A stretch of 64,000 nucleotides of DNA. It comes from an uncultured Gemmatimonadales bacterium. GTDB taxonomy: Bacteria > Gemmatimonadota > Gemmatimonadetes > Gemmatimonadales > GWC2-71-9. The position numbers were made by a program, and so were the translations under genes. Position 1 is the stretch's first letter. Every line of letters begins with the position of its first letter. The notes beneath the pieces are model-generated. The model saw only the letters and a list, made by a program, of their open reading frames with translations. It ran no database searches and had not been told where the DNA came from. Shown here piece after piece: positions 39,020 to 49,870 of this stretch. The DNA is taken from positions 512,001 through 576,000 of the forward strand of contig CAVYSW010000010.1 of NCBI GenBank assembly GCA_963771275.1, written 5' to 3'.

Positions 39020-41728
39020 TCAGCCTCGGTCCGCGGGCCCGGCCCGGACCTTCGCGTCCTCGGTCAGCGCAGCCGAGTCGAGCGTGCGCGCGATCTGCTC
39101 GACGTGATACGACTCGAGCACGTCGCCCACCTTCACATCGTTGAAGTTCTCGATGCCGATGCCGCACTCGAGGCCTTCCTTGACGTCGCGCACGTCATCC
39201 TTGAACCGCTTGAGGCTCGCGACCTGCCCGTCGTACACCTCCACGGCGTCGCGCACCAGCCGGATCCGCGCGTTGCGCCGGATCAGGCCGTGGCGCACGA
39301 AGCACCCGGCGATCGTCCCGACCCCGGAGATCTTGAACGTCTGCCGGACCTCCGCTTCGCCGAGCACGGTCTCGCGCTCCTCCGGGGCCAGCAGACCCTG
39401 CAGCGCCTGCTTCATCTCGTCGAGGGCGTCGTAGATCACGCGATACGTGCGCAGATCGACCTTCTCGCGCTCCGCAGTGGCGCGCGCGTTGGCATCGGGA
39501 CGGACGTGGAAACCCACCACGATCGCGTCGGACGCCTTCGCCAGGAGGACGTCGCTCTCGGTGATCGCGCCGACCCCGCGGTGGATCACTTCCACTTTCA
39601 CTTCCGCCGTCGACAGCTGGGCGAACGCGTCCGCCAGCGCCTCGGCGGGGCCCGCCTGGTCCGCCTTGATGATGATGCGGAGCGCTTTGACGGTGCCCTC
39701 CTCGATCTGCCTCGACAGGTCCTCGAGCGTAATGCCGCGCGAGCTGCGCCGGTGCTGGGCCTCGCGGTCGAGCCGCTGCCGCTTCTGCGCGATGTCGCGT
39801 GCCTGGGCCGCGTCTTCCACCACCATGAAGTGGTCGCCGGCCTGGGGCACGCCGTCCAGACCGAGCACCTGCACCGGGATGGACGGTCCGGCGGCGGCGA
39901 CGCGGTTGCCGCGCTCGTCGAACAACGCGCGGACGCGTCCGGCCAGATTGCCGCAGATGAAGTCCTGGCCCACGGTGAGCGTGCCGTTCTGCACGAGCAC
40001 CGTGGCCACCGGTCCCTTGCCGGGGTCCAGCATGCTCTCGACGACGGTGCCGCGCGCCGCCCGATTGGGATTGGCCTTCCGGTCGAGCAGCTCGGCCTGC
40101 AGCAGGATCTTGTCCAGCAGGTCGTCCACGCCGATGCCCTGCTTGGCCGAGATCGCCGACGACAGGGTGTCCCCGCCGAACTCCTCGAGCACCACGCCGT
40201 GGGCGAGCAGATCCTGACGCACCTTGGCCACGTTCGCGGTGGGGAGATCGATCTTGTTGATGGCGACGATCAAGGGCACGCCGGCATTCTTCGCGTGGCT
40301 GATCGCTTCCACGGTTTGCGGCATGACCTGATCGTCCGCCGCGACCACCAGCACCACCAGGTCGGTGACCTGCGCGCCACGGGCGCGCATGGCGGTGAAC
40401 GCCTCGTGCCCCGGCGTATCGAGGAACGTGATGCCCTTCCCCGGTGCCACTTCGACGTAGTAGGCGCCGATGTGCTGCGTGATGCCGCCGGCCTCGCCGG
40501 CGATCACGTTGGACTTGCGGATGTGGTCGAGCAGCGACGTCTTCCCATGGTCGACGTGTCCCATCACCGTTACGATCGGCGGCCGGCTCACGAGGTTCTC
40601 GGGCTCGTCCTCCGCCGGCACGACCGCGTCGCTCGGAGCGTACTCCTCCTCCTGCACTGCCTGGAAGCCGAACGCACCGGCAATCAGCTCGATCTGGTCG
40701 AAGTCGAGCCGCTGATTCACGGTGACCATCATCCCGAGCTCCTTGAAGCAGAACGAGACGATGTCGGTGCGATTGACGCTCAGAATGTCGGCGAGCTCGC
40801 TCACCGTGATGAACTCGTTGACGCGGACGATGGTCTTCTCGCGCTCCCGCTCCTCGATCCGGCGCTGCTCCTCCCGCTCCCGGAACGACGGCTCTTCATC
40901 GCGCCGCCGCACTCCCTTGCGCGCGGCGGGCGCCTTGAGCGACGCCAGCGTGCGGCTGATGTTGGCTGCGACCGCTTCCTGATCGACCTCGGAGCGCCGG
41001 CCCTTCTTGCGCTTCTTTCCCTTCTCGCGACGCCGGTCGTCGACCGCTTCACCGGGCGCTGCGGACGCCACCGGACGAGGGGCGGCCGAGGCGACCGGCT
41101 TGAGGCGCGGGACACCGGTCGCGGGGCGCTGAATCCGCAGCGGCTTGACGGTCTCGGGTCGCTCGGGCTCGGCGCTGGCCGGCGTCGCCGCCGTGCCTTC
41201 CACCTCTTCCCCGGCCTGCTCGACGGTCTCGCCGACCTCTGGGACCTCAGGCTCCTCCTCGGTGGTCTCCTCGACCGGCCCGACGTCGGGCGCGGCCGGG
41301 AGATCACGGAACAGCGCCGCGGCCCGCTCCTCGAGCGACGGCTTGATCTCAGGCTCGAACTGGCGCTCGGCCTCGGCCGCCGCCAGCGCGGCCGCCTCGC
41401 GAACGCGCAGCTCCTCTTCCTCCACGGCGGCTTTCTCCGCCATCTCCGCCGCCGTGCGCCGGCGTCGCTTCGGACGCGCGGCTGGCTCCGGCTCGACCGG
41501 CTGCACCTTGGCGCGCACCCGTCGCCGCGCCGGCTTCGACGCCTCGGGCGCGGCCTTGCGGCGCTTTTCGCGCTCCCACCGGGCGCGCACAATCGCGACC
41601 TGCCCCGGATCGAGCGACGAGAGATGACTGCGGACGTGAATATCGAGCTCGGCCAGCAGCTTCATCAGCTGCTCGCTCTCGACCCCGAACTCCGCCGCCA
41701 GATCGTGGACCCGCGTCTTCGTCCCCAC
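39020..41728 (-). CDS. infB: Translation initiation factor IF-2
   Basis: [29 protein letters not shown]. Confidence 0.98.
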   Translation of the reverse strand: MGTKTRVHDLAAEFGVESEQLMKLLAELDIHVRSHLSSLDPGQVAIVRARWEREKRRKAAPEASKPARRRVRAKVQPVEPEPAARPKRRRRTAAEMAEKAAVEEEELRVREAAALAAAEAERQFEPEIKPSLEERAAALFRDLPAAPDVGPVEETTEEEPEVPEVGETVEQAGEEVEGTAATPASAEPERPETVKPLRIQRPATGVPRLKPVASAAPRPVASAAPGEAVDDRRREKGKKRKKGRRSEVDQEAVAANISRTLASLKAPAARKGVRRRDEEPSFREREEQRRIEEREREKTIVRVNEFITVSELADILSVNRTDIVSFCFKELGMMVTVNQRLDFDQIELIAGAFGFQAVQEEEYAPSDAVVPAEDEPENLVSRPPIVTVMGHVDHGKTSLLDHIRKSNVIAGEAGGITQHIGAYYVEVAPGKGITFLDTPGHEAFTAMRARGAQVTDLVVLVVAADDQVMPQTVEAISHAKNAGVPLIVAINKIDLPTANVAKVRQDLLAHGVVLEEFGGDTLSSAISAKQGIGVDDLLDKILLQAELLDRKANPNRAARGTVVESMLDPGKGPVATVLVQNGTLTVGQDFICGNLAGRVRALFDERGNRVAAAGPSIPVQVLGLDGVPQAGDHFMVVEDAAQARDIAQKRQRLDREAQHRRSSRGITLEDLSRQIEEGTVKALRIIIKADQAGPAEALADAFAQLSTAEVKVEVIHRGVGAITESDVLLAKASDAIVVGFHVRPDANARATAEREKVDLRTYRVIYDALDEMKQALQGLLAPEERETVLGEAEVRQTFKISGVGTIAGCFVRHGLIRRNARIRLVRDAVEVYDGQVASLKRFKDDVRDVKEGLECGIGIENFNDVKVGDVLESYHVEQIARTLDSAALTEDAKVRAGPADRG

Positions 41729-41729
41729 G

Positions 41730-42050
41730 CTATCCTCCTGCCGACCTGCCGCCTGCCTTCGCCAAGAACCCCTCTGCCAGCGAGAGATCCATAATCCCGA
41801 CGGCCTGCACCGCTGCCTGCCCGATCCGCCGCCCCAGCTCCGCCGCCGGCGGACCGAGGATCACCGGAACCGCCTTGGCCCGTGCGAGCCGCTCGACCTT
41901 GTCCTGCGTTCGTGGGCTGCGGTCGCCGGCCAGCACGACCACCCGCACTCGCCCCTGCTGCACACCGTCCCGCACCGCCGCCGTGCCGACCAGCAGGCCC
42001 CGCGCGCGCGCCGCGAGGCCGAGCAGCCCCAGTGCGCCGTCCGGAATCAC
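41730..42050 (-). CDS. L7Ae/YlxQ family RNA-binding protein
   Basis: LGLA.RA..L..G, LG..IG motifs; lies between nusA and infB. Confidence 0.85.
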   Translation of the reverse strand: MIPDGALGLLGLAARARGLLVGTAAVRDGVQQGRVRVVVLAGDRSPRTQDKVERLARAKAVPVILGPPAAELGRRIGQAAVQAVGIMDLSLAEGFLAKAGGRSAGG

Positions 42051-43414
42051 GCGGCCGGCGGGTCGGCCGCGGCCTCCCCCTCGACCTCGGGGGCCTTGGC
42101 CTGGTGGTCGCCCGGCTCCTCGGTGAGCTCCGCGATGAACGACTGCACCACTTCTAGGTGCTCGGGGGAAAGCCCCGGCACGTTGCGCAGCTCCTCGGAC
42201 TCGAGATCCAGCAGATCGCTCAGCTCCACCAGCCCGTTCGCCTCGAGCGTCGCCACCAGCTCCGGGGGCAGGCCCTTGAGGTCCTTGATCTGCACGTGCG
42301 CGACCCGCTCCTCCTCCTCGGTCGCCGGGGGCAGCGGCGCGAACAGCGGACCCTCGCCGCCGCGCTCGAGCCATTCGCGACTCGAGTACAAGTCGATCTT
42401 CCAGCCGGTGAGCTCGGAGGCGAGCCGCACATTCTGGCCGTTCTTCCCGATCGCGAGCGACAGCTGGTCCTCGTCCACGATCGCCTGGATCGTGCGGGTC
42501 TCCGGATCGCTGAAGACGCGGGCCACCCGGGCCGGCGCCAACGCGAGCTTGGCGAACCGCTCGGGATCGGGTGACCAGGGCACGATGTCGATCCGCTCTC
42601 CACCCAGCTCGTTCACCACGGCCTGGACGCGGCTGCCCTTGAGTCCCACGCAGGCACCCACCGGATCGATGGCGTCGTCCCGACTGACCACCGCGATCTT
42701 GGTCCGATTCCCGACCTCGCGCGCCGCCAGACGGACCGACACGATGCCCTGCTGGATCTCCGGCACCTCGAGCTTGAACAGCGCCTGCACGAACAGCGGG
42801 TCGCCGCGGGTGAGAATCAGCCGGGGTCCCTTGGGCGTCTCCTCCAGCCGCTTCAGCACGGCGCGGATCGTGTCGCCCTGATGGAAATGCTCCCGATGGT
42901 TCTGTTCCCGATACGGGATGATGGCTTCAGCCTCGCGGAACTTGTTCAGCATGATGACCAGCTTGCCCCGCTCGATCTGCTGGATCTCGCCGGACAGCAG
43001 CTCGCCCACCTTGTCGCTGAATTCCTCGCGAATCCGGGTCCGCTCCCCTTCCCGCACCCGCTGGATGATGCGCTGCTTCGCGGCCTGCACCGCGATCCGG
43101 CCGAACTCCTGGAACGGGACCTCCTCCTCGAGGACGTCGCCCGGTTCGAAGTCGGGGTCCTCCCAGCGCGCCTCTTCGAGCGAAACCTGGCAGACCGGAT
43201 CCTCGACCTCCTCGACGACGGTCCGCAGGATCGCCACCCGGATCTCGCCCTTCATCTCGTCGATGCCGATCTCGGACCGCACGGTCGGTCCGTATTTCTT
43301 GACCAGGGCGGCGTGAATGCCGTCCCGCAAGAGATCGAGGAGGCTCTCGCGATCGAGCTGCTTGGAGTGAGCCAGCTCGCGGATTGCCGCCAGCACTTCG
43401 GCCGAACTCGCCAT
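42047..43414 (-). CDS. nusA: Transcription termination factor NusA
   Basis: FGRIA.Q.AKQ, EVPEI, DPVGACVG.KG.RV, AIGKNGQNVRLA. Confidence 0.98.
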   Translation of the reverse strand: MASSAEVLAAIRELAHSKQLDRESLLDLLRDGIHAALVKKYGPTVRSEIGIDEMKGEIRVAILRTVVEEVEDPVCQVSLEEARWEDPDFEPGDVLEEEVPFQEFGRIAVQAAKQRIIQRVREGERTRIREEFSDKVGELLSGEIQQIERGKLVIMLNKFREAEAIIPYREQNHREHFHQGDTIRAVLKRLEETPKGPRLILTRGDPLFVQALFKLEVPEIQQGIVSVRLAAREVGNRTKIAVVSRDDAIDPVGACVGLKGSRVQAVVNELGGERIDIVPWSPDPERFAKLALAPARVARVFSDPETRTIQAIVDEDQLSLAIGKNGQNVRLASELTGWKIDLYSSREWLERGGEGPLFAPLPPATEEEERVAHVQIKDLKGLPPELVATLEANGLVELSDLLDLESEELRNVPGLSPEHLEVVQSFIAELTEEPGDHQAKAPEVEGEAAADPPAA

Positions 43415-43445
43415 GCCGTCTCCTTAGCCTATCGGTCCTGCGTCC

Positions 43446-43976
43446 CTACGATGTCCCGCGGTCGCCCGACGACGGGTCGCTCCGGGGGGGCAGCCCTGAC
43501 GTGTCCCAATCCACCGCCAGGGTGGCGTCCCGCGCATCCGCGAGCGGGAGCGTCACCAGCTCGCCTGTCCCGCGGAGCCGCAGCGTCACGACGTCCCGCG
43601 CGGGGCCGAGCCCGTCGATCGTGGCGCGCACGCGCCCGCGACCGGGAATCCGCACGTGCACGTCCCGGCCCGTGAACCGCTCCCAATGCTCCGGCCAGCG
43701 CACGGGCCGCTCGATGCCTGGGGACGACACCTCGAGCACGTAGCGCCGGCCCAGCGCCGCCGAGGCGTCGAGCCACGCTTCCAGCGCCCGGCTCACGGTC
43801 GCGCATTCGTCGATCGTGATGCCGTGGCCCGCGACGGCGTCGGCGCGATCCACCCGCACCTGCAAACGGGCGCGGGCCCCGGCCCCTCCCACCCGGAGGT
43901 CCACCAGCTCGAAGCCGAGCGCGGCCACTCGCGCGCGAATCTCGGCGGTCAACGCATCAGCCGTGGGCGGCATCAC
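43446..43976 (-). CDS. rimP: Ribosome maturation factor RimP
   Basis: GIT..EC..VSR, Y.LEVSSPGIERP. Confidence 0.95.
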   Translation of the reverse strand: MMPPTADALTAEIRARVAALGFELVDLRVGGAGARARLQVRVDRADAVAGHGITIDECATVSRALEAWLDASAALGRRYVLEVSSPGIERPVRWPEHWERFTGRDVHVRIPGRGRVRATIDGLGPARDVVTLRLRGTGELVTLPLADARDATLAVDWDTSGLPPRSDPSSGDRGTS

Positions 43977-43988
43977 AGAACCGGACGG

Positions 43989-44017
43989 AAAAAAAAGCGC
44001 GGGCCAACTGCGCCCGC
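43989..44017 (-). terminator. rimP-leader attenuator/terminator hairpin
   Basis: GCGGGC-gcagttg-GCCCGC-gc-T8 between the promoter and rimP. Confidence 0.75.
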
Positions 44018-44030
44018 CGACTCAGGTGAC

Positions 44031-44059
44031 AAGATATCCCCCGGTTCGGCGAGGGTCAA
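44031..44059 (-). promoter_or_regulatory. sigma70 promoter of rimP-nusA-infB
   Basis: TTGACC-17 bp-TATCTT. Confidence 0.7.
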
Positions 44060-44817
44060 GCGAGCGGAATGCCGAGGTAGGCCGCCATGCGGCCATCCGC
44101 GCCACCGGAGCGGCGGTGGGAGAAGAACCGCTCGGCGTGGTGCGCCGTGCACCAGCCGCTCTGGGTGACCGCCCGCACTCCGAGCCGGGCGGCGCGGCCC
44201 GCCAGCTCCGCACGCAGGTCGATCGGGTGCGGGCCCGCAGTCGGCCGGCCGTGGACGGCCTGATGCACCTCAGGGCCAACTTCATAACAAGCACCACAAA
44301 TGCTTACGCCACAGTGCATTATGATGTCAGCGACGGTCCCGTGTCCCACCGTGGCCAGGGCCTGAAGGCCGGACTCCAGCATGCCCGCCGCCGTCCCCCG
44401 CCAGCCCGCATGGAGGAGCGCCACCACCCGGGACGGCGGATGCAGCAGGTAGACGGGGACGCAGTCCGCCACCGTGACCAGGAGCAGGTTGCCCGGCCGT
44501 GCCGTCAAGTGGCCGTCGACGCCGTCTTGCACGAGCCACCCGGCGAGGACCGCGTCGTGCGGCGTGATCTGCGTGCCGTGCACCTGTCGGCCGAGCGCGA
44601 ACCCGCAGAACTGCGGCGCGAGGTCGGCGAACAGGCTGTGCCAGCGGTCGAGCACCAGCCCGGTCCGGTCCGCCGAGTGGAGGCCGAGGTCGAAGCCGTC
44701 GCCGCGCAGCGTGATGCCGGCCACCACGCCGTAGCGCTCGCGCCACGCGGCGAGCTCGAGCCGCCGGACGGTGCCGCTGACCGGCGCCTCGTCGACGCGG
44801 CGGGAGACCGCCGTCAC
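44056..44817 (-). CDS. pgeF: PgeF/YfiH laccase-domain protein
   Basis: QVHG, ADCVPV, HAGWRG, CYEVG, FFSHR; GTGA overlap with murA. Confidence 0.9.
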   Translation of the reverse strand: MTAVSRRVDEAPVSGTVRRLELAAWRERYGVVAGITLRGDGFDLGLHSADRTGLVLDRWHSLFADLAPQFCGFALGRQVHGTQITPHDAVLAGWLVQDGVDGHLTARPGNLLLVTVADCVPVYLLHPPSRVVALLHAGWRGTAAGMLESGLQALATVGHGTVADIIMHCGVSICGACYEVGPEVHQAVHGRPTAGPHPIDLRAELAGRAARLGVRAVTQSGWCTAHHAERFFSHRRSGGADGRMAAYLGIPLA

Positions 44818-46091
44818 ACCCGCTCGATCCGGGCGCCCAGGGCGCAGAGGCGCTCGTCGATGCGTTCGTAGCCGCGGTCGATCTGCCCGATGTTGTGGAT
44901 GGTGGTCTGGCCTTCGGCGGCGAGCGCCGCGATTAGCATCGCCATGCCGGCCCGGATGTCGGGGCTCTCTACGACCCCGCCGTGCAGCCTGCTGGGTCCG
45001 GCGACGACGACCCGGTGCGGGTCGCAGAGGACGGCCCGCGCCCCGAGGCCGACGAGCTTGTCCACGAAGTACAGACGGGATTCGAACATCTTCTCGAAGA
45101 TCAGCACCAGCCCCTCGCATTGCGTGGCCACGACCACCGCGATCGACGTGAGGTCGGCCGGGAACGCCGGCCAGGGGCCGTCTTCGATCTTCGGCACGTG
45201 ACCGCCGAGGTCGGGGCGCACGCGCCGCTCCTGCGAGGGCGGCACGTGCAGCACGTCGCCATCGAGGCGGGGCCGCACCCCGAGCCGATCGAACGGCAGC
45301 AGGATCGGCGGCAGGTCGTCCCCGCGGACGCCCTCGATCCGGATGTCGCCGTCGGTGACGGCGGCGAGCCCGAGGAAGCTCCCGATCTCGATGTGATCGG
45401 GGCCCACCACGGTGTCGGCGCCGTGCAGCGCTGGCACCCCGTCCACCGTGAGCACGTTGGTGCCGACCCCGCTAATCCGGGCGCCCATGGCCGCGAGCCC
45501 GCGGGCCAGGTCCTGCACGTGCGGCTCCGATGCGGCGTTGCGCAGCACCGTGCGTCCCTCGGCGAGCACGGCGGCCATGAGCGCGTTCTCCGTGCCGGTG
45601 ACGCTCGGCTCGTCGAGGAACACGTCGGCGCCGACCAGGTGGCGGGCGGTGACCTGGTACTCCCCGCCGACGTCCACTTCGGCCCCGAGCCGCTCGAACG
45701 CCAAGAAGTGCGTGTCGAGGCGGCGCCGGCCGATGACGTCGCCGCCCGGTGGGGGCAGCGTCACGTGCCCGAAGCGCCCGAGCAGGGGACCGGCCAGCAG
45801 GACCGACGCGCGGAGCCGCGCGCACAGGGCCGGATCGAGCGGCTTGGCCGTGACGCCGGCCGGGTCCACGCGTACGGCGTTGGGTGCGATCCAGGTGGCG
45901 GCGGCGCCCACGTCCGCGAGCAGCTCCAGCATGACGTCGACGTCGCGGATCCGGGGGACGTTGGCGATCACCGAGGGGCCGTCGGCGAGCAGCGTCGCCG
46001 CGAGCATGGGGAGCGCGGCGTTCTTGTTCCCGGCGGGCCGCACCGCCCCGCGGAGGGGATGGCCGCCTTCGACCACGAAGCGTTGCGACAT
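44814..46091 (-). CDS. murA: UDP-N-acetylglucosamine 1-carboxyvinyltransferase (Asp-type)
   Basis: G.KNAALP, RAS.L..GPLL, PGGD.IG.R, NAA.EP, FE.R, DIRAG, RGYE. Confidence 0.96.
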   Translation of the reverse strand: MSQRFVVEGGHPLRGAVRPAGNKNAALPMLAATLLADGPSVIANVPRIRDVDVMLELLADVGAAATWIAPNAVRVDPAGVTAKPLDPALCARLRASVLLAGPLLGRFGHVTLPPPGGDVIGRRRLDTHFLAFERLGAEVDVGGEYQVTARHLVGADVFLDEPSVTGTENALMAAVLAEGRTVLRNAASEPHVQDLARGLAAMGARISGVGTNVLTVDGVPALHGADTVVGPDHIEIGSFLGLAAVTDGDIRIEGVRGDDLPPILLPFDRLGVRPRLDGDVLHVPPSQERRVRPDLGGHVPKIEDGPWPAFPADLTSIAVVVATQCEGLVLIFEKMFESRLYFVDKLVGLGARAVLCDPHRVVVAGPSRLHGGVVESPDIRAGMAMLIAALAAEGQTTIHNIGQIDRGYERIDERLCALGARIERV

Positions 46092-46217
46092 GCAGCAACC
46101 ATACCGGTCGGCGCGGCACAGCGTCAAGCGGACGCCGTTGACACTGGGGCCGCATGGCGGGAGTTTTCGCGGAGGCGCGCAACGCAGCGCGTCGGAGCGC
46201 TTTCCCCGGAGGTGTGC

Positions 46218-46667
46218 GTGACGGGCTGGCCGGCGGTGCTGACGGCGGTATCCACGTTCGTGATCGCGGCCGCGGTGTTGGTGCTCATGGTGGCCCTGGT
46301 GGTCGTCCTGCGTCGCCTGACCACGCTGTCGGCGAGCGTGACGCGCCTGGTGGAGACGGTGGACCGCGACGCGCGTCCGGCCATCGAGTCCGTGCGGCGC
46401 ACGGCCGAGGAGGCCAACCGGCTGGGAATGGCGATCCGGAGTGAGGTGGAGGGGTTCGCCGCAACGTCGAAACGGCTGCGGGATCGCGTGGAGCGCACGT
46501 CGCGCGCGCTGGAGGAGCGGTTCACCGAGCTCGAGACGCTGCTCGACATTCTCCAGGACGAGCTCGAGGATACCGTGCTCGACCTCGCGGCCGTGATGCG
46601 GACCACCCGGCGGGGCGCAGGGCTCTTTCAGGCGGCCAGGCGGGTGATCCTGGGGCGGAACCGCTGA
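46218..46667 (+). CDS. TM-anchored coiled-coil protein (DUF948-like)
   Basis: GGAGG RBS, N-terminal TM, long amphipathic helix. Confidence 0.75.
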   Translation: MTGWPAVLTAVSTFVIAAAVLVLMVALVVVLRRLTTLSASVTRLVETVDRDARPAIESVRRTAEEANRLGMAIRSEVEGFAATSKRLRDRVERTSRALEERFTELETLLDILQDELEDTVLDLAAVMRTTRRGAGLFQAARRVILGRNR

Positions 46668-46677
46668 GCCCGTCCGC

Positions 46678-47625
46678 ATGACGTGGCGCACGCTCGCGAC
46701 GGGCGCCCTGCTCGCCGCGGCCGCGCTCGTGCTGCTCCCCCACGCGGCACACGCATGGACTCCCGGGACCCACATCTATCTCGGGGAAACGGTCCTCGCC
46801 AATCTCGCGCAGCTGCCGTCGGCGATCGCCACCCTGCTCCGCGCCTACCCCTACGATTTCCTCTACGGCAGCATCGCCGCGGACACGTCCACGGCGAAGA
46901 AGTACGCCCCCGTCGGGCGCCACTGCCACGCGTGGCACGTCGGGCAGGAGATCCACGACCGCGCCGACACGGACGCGCTGCGCGCCTTCGGCCTGGGATA
47001 CCTGTCGCACCTCGCCGCCGACACGGTGGCGCACAATTTCTTCGTGCCGCGCCAGCTGGTGGTCACGTCGACGACCATCGCGATCGGGCACTCCTATTGG
47101 GAAAGCCGCTTCGAGACACACCTGGGCGAGCACTTCGCGCGCAGCGCGATGGACGTGATCCGCATGGAGCACGGCGCCTCCGACGCGCACCTCGACCGGA
47201 TCCTGTCGCCCACGATCTTCTCCGTGCGCACCAGTCGTCGCCTGTTCCGCGGCATGGTCGGCCTCGCGGAGACGCAGAGCTGGCAGCGCGCGTTCCGCGC
47301 GGTGGCGGACCGCAGCCGGTGGGATCTGACCGACGATCTGGTCGAGCGGCAGATGTCCGTGGCGTTCCAGTGCGTCATGGACCAGTTGGCGCAGGGGACC
47401 GATGGACAGGCGCGCCGGCTCGACCCGTCCGGCGAGGCCTCGCTGCGCATGGCGAGACGGATGCGGCTGGAGGTGATGCGGAACCGGCTGCCCGGTGACC
47501 CCTATCGGCTGGCCCAGTTTGCCGACGAGCACTTCGGCCTGCCGCGCTGGTCGCTGGACTTCTGGGAGAACTCCGCCTCGCAGCGACCGTGGCGCGATCG
47601 CGCGCGCCGCAACGGCGACGGCTGA
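46678..47625 (+). CDS. Zinc-dependent phospholipase C family protein
   Basis: Signal AHA-WTPGTH, G.IAAD, GYLSHLAAD..AHN, HSYWE. Confidence 0.85.
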   Translation: MTWRTLATGALLAAAALVLLPHAAHAWTPGTHIYLGETVLANLAQLPSAIATLLRAYPYDFLYGSIAADTSTAKKYAPVGRHCHAWHVGQEIHDRADTDALRAFGLGYLSHLAADTVAHNFFVPRQLVVTSTTIAIGHSYWESRFETHLGEHFARSAMDVIRMEHGASDAHLDRILSPTIFSVRTSRRLFRGMVGLAETQSWQRAFRAVADRSRWDLTDDLVERQMSVAFQCVMDQLAQGTDGQARRLDPSGEASLRMARRMRLEVMRNRLPGDPYRLAQFADEHFGLPRWSLDFWENSASQRPWRDRARRNGDG

Positions 47626-47635
47626 CGCCGCCGGC

Positions 47636-49870
47636 TCAGGAGCCTTCCCACCCCCGCTCCAGTCCGGCGTACGCCACCAGCAGGAGCTTGGTCCCGACTT
47701 CGGCGTCGTCGAACTCCACTTCCACCTTGAGGTCGCGCCCGCGGCCGTCGAGGCCACGGATCGTGCCGGTCCCGAATCGCCGGTGGCGGACGCGCTCACC
47801 CTTCACGAAGCGTGGCGCGTCCTGCGACTCCTCCTCCACTTCGAAGGTCGTCGTGCCCGGTGGGTGGGCGGTGCCATCGAGCCACAGCGGGTGACCGGCG
47901 CGCGCCGCGAGGCGGCCATATCCCCCGAACACCCCGCTGCTGCGCCGCTCTTCGGCCACGCCCGGGGGGATCGCATCGAGAAAGCGCGACGCCGTGCCGG
48001 GAAGCAGCTGCCCGCCGCGACGCCGGGCCCGCGCCCACGTGAGGTACAGCCGGTCCCGCGCCCGGGTGATCGCGACGTACGCCAGCCGGCGCTCCTCCTC
48101 GGCACCCTCGACGGTCTCCAGGGCCCGGCTCAACGGAAAGAGGCCGTCCTCCAGGCCGGCCACCCCGACCACCGGCCACTCCAGCCCCTTGGCCGTGTGG
48201 ACCGTCATCAGGGTGATGCCCTCGGTGTCGCCCCCGGGCTGCTCCAGCGACGTACTGAGCGCTGCCGTGGCGAGGAACCGCTCGAGCGAGCTGCCCTGCT
48301 CCTCCGGATCTGGCTCCTCCGACCACTCCGCCGCCGCGGCCAGCAGCTCCCGGACGTTCTCGATGCGCTCCAAGCCCTCCGCCCCTTCGGCCTCGAGAAA
48401 CGTCTCGTATTCCACGGACGCGATCACGCGCTCCAGCAGACCGGCGGGCGTGGCGCCGCCGGCGTCACGGCGCAGCTGGGCGAGTAGGGCGGCGAAGTCC
48501 TGCAGGGCGCGGCGCGCCTGGGGTCGGAGCCCCGGAATGCGGTCCGCGATGGACGCCGTCTCCAGTAGCGGGCGCCGCCACTGGTGCGCCGCGTCCCGCC
48601 ACACCCGCAGGCTTCCCAGGCCGAGCCCCCGCTTGGGCACCTGGACCGCCCGGAGACAGGCTTCGTCGTCCGCCGGGTTGACCACGAGCCGGAGGTAGGC
48701 GATCAGGTCCTTCACTTCGCGGCGATCGTAGAAGCTGATCGCGCCCACGATCTGGTAGGGCAGCTCGGCACGCCGCAGGGCGTCCTCGAGGGCGCGCGAC
48801 TGCGCGTTGGTGCGGTACAGGATGGCACAGTCCCGATGGGCGTAGTGATCCTCCGCCACGCGGGCGGCCAGCTCGCGGGCCAGCCACTCCGCCTCGTCGC
48901 GCTCGTCCGCCGTGGCGACGATCGTGACGGGCACCCCCCCGCGCCGGACCGTGTAGAGCGTCTTGCCCAGGCGCTGCGTGTTCTCGGCGATCACCGCGTT
49001 GGCGGCGTCGAGGATGGTCTGCGTGGAGCGGTAGTTCTCCTCGAGGCGCACGAGCAGCGCGTCCGGAAAGTCACGCTGGAAGTCGAGCATGTTGCGCAGA
49101 TCGGCGCCGCGCCAGCTGTAGATCGACTGGTCGTCGTCTCCCACGGCGGTGATGTTGCCGTGCGCACCGGCGAGCGCCCGCACGATGAGGTACTGCGCCC
49201 GGTTGGTGTCCTGGAATTCGTCCACGAGGATCGCCTGGAACCGCTCCTGGTAGTACGCCAGCCGCTCCGGCTGCTCGCGGAACAGCGTCAGCGGGTGCAG
49301 CAGCAGATCGTCGAAGTCCATCGCGTTGGCGGCGCGCAGCGCGCGGTCGAGCGCGACATGGATGTCCGCCGCGACGCGCTCGATCCGTTCCGTGCCGGAC
49401 GCGGCCAGCTCCTCCGGCGGCACGAGCCGGTTCTTGGCGCCCGAGATGATCGACTGGATCACCTTCGGCGGGAAGGCCTTGATCGCGAATCCCCCTTGTT
49501 CCATCAGGCGCTTGATCAGGGCGAGGCGATCGTCCTCGTCGTAGATCGTGAACTGCGGGGTGAATCCGAGCAGGTGGGCCTCGCGCCGCAACAGGCGCGC
49601 GGCCAGCGAGTGGAACGTCCCGATCCACAGGCCCGTCGGCTCCCGCCCCAGCTGCGCCGCCACGCGATGGCGCATCTCCCGCGCGGCCCGGTTGGTGAAC
49701 GTCGTGGCAAAGAGCCGGTCGGGCCGGATGCCGCGGGCGGCGACGAGATGGGCGAGGCGGGCGGTGAGAACGCGGGTCTTGCCGGAGCCGGCGCCGGCAA
49801 GCACCAGAAGCGGCCCGTTGCCGTGCTCGACCGCGGCGCGCTGGGGCGCGTTGAGGGCAAGCGTGGTCAT
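47636..49870 (-). CDS. uvrD: UvrD/PcrA ATP-dependent DNA helicase
   Basis: AGAGSGKT, VDEFQDTN, GDDDQSIY, NYRS, TVH.AKGLE, EERRLAYVAITRA. Confidence 0.96.
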   Translation of the reverse strand: MTTLALNAPQRAAVEHGNGPLLVLAGAGSGKTRVLTARLAHLVAARGIRPDRLFATTFTNRAAREMRHRVAAQLGREPTGLWIGTFHSLAARLLRREAHLLGFTPQFTIYDEDDRLALIKRLMEQGGFAIKAFPPKVIQSIISGAKNRLVPPEELAASGTERIERVAADIHVALDRALRAANAMDFDDLLLHPLTLFREQPERLAYYQERFQAILVDEFQDTNRAQYLIVRALAGAHGNITAVGDDDQSIYSWRGADLRNMLDFQRDFPDALLVRLEENYRSTQTILDAANAVIAENTQRLGKTLYTVRRGGVPVTIVATADERDEAEWLARELAARVAEDHYAHRDCAILYRTNAQSRALEDALRRAELPYQIVGAISFYDRREVKDLIAYLRLVVNPADDEACLRAVQVPKRGLGLGSLRVWRDAAHQWRRPLLETASIADRIPGLRPQARRALQDFAALLAQLRRDAGGATPAGLLERVIASVEYETFLEAEGAEGLERIENVRELLAAAAEWSEEPDPEEQGSSLERFLATAALSTSLEQPGGDTEGITLMTVHTAKGLEWPVVGVAGLEDGLFPLSRALETVEGAEEERRLAYVAITRARDRLYLTWARARRRGGQLLPGTASRFLDAIPPGVAEERRSSGVFGGYGRLAARAGHPLWLDGTAHPPGTTTFEVEEESQDAPRFVKGERVRHRRFGTGTIRGLDGRGRDLKVEVEFDDAEVGTKLLLVAYAGLERGWEGS

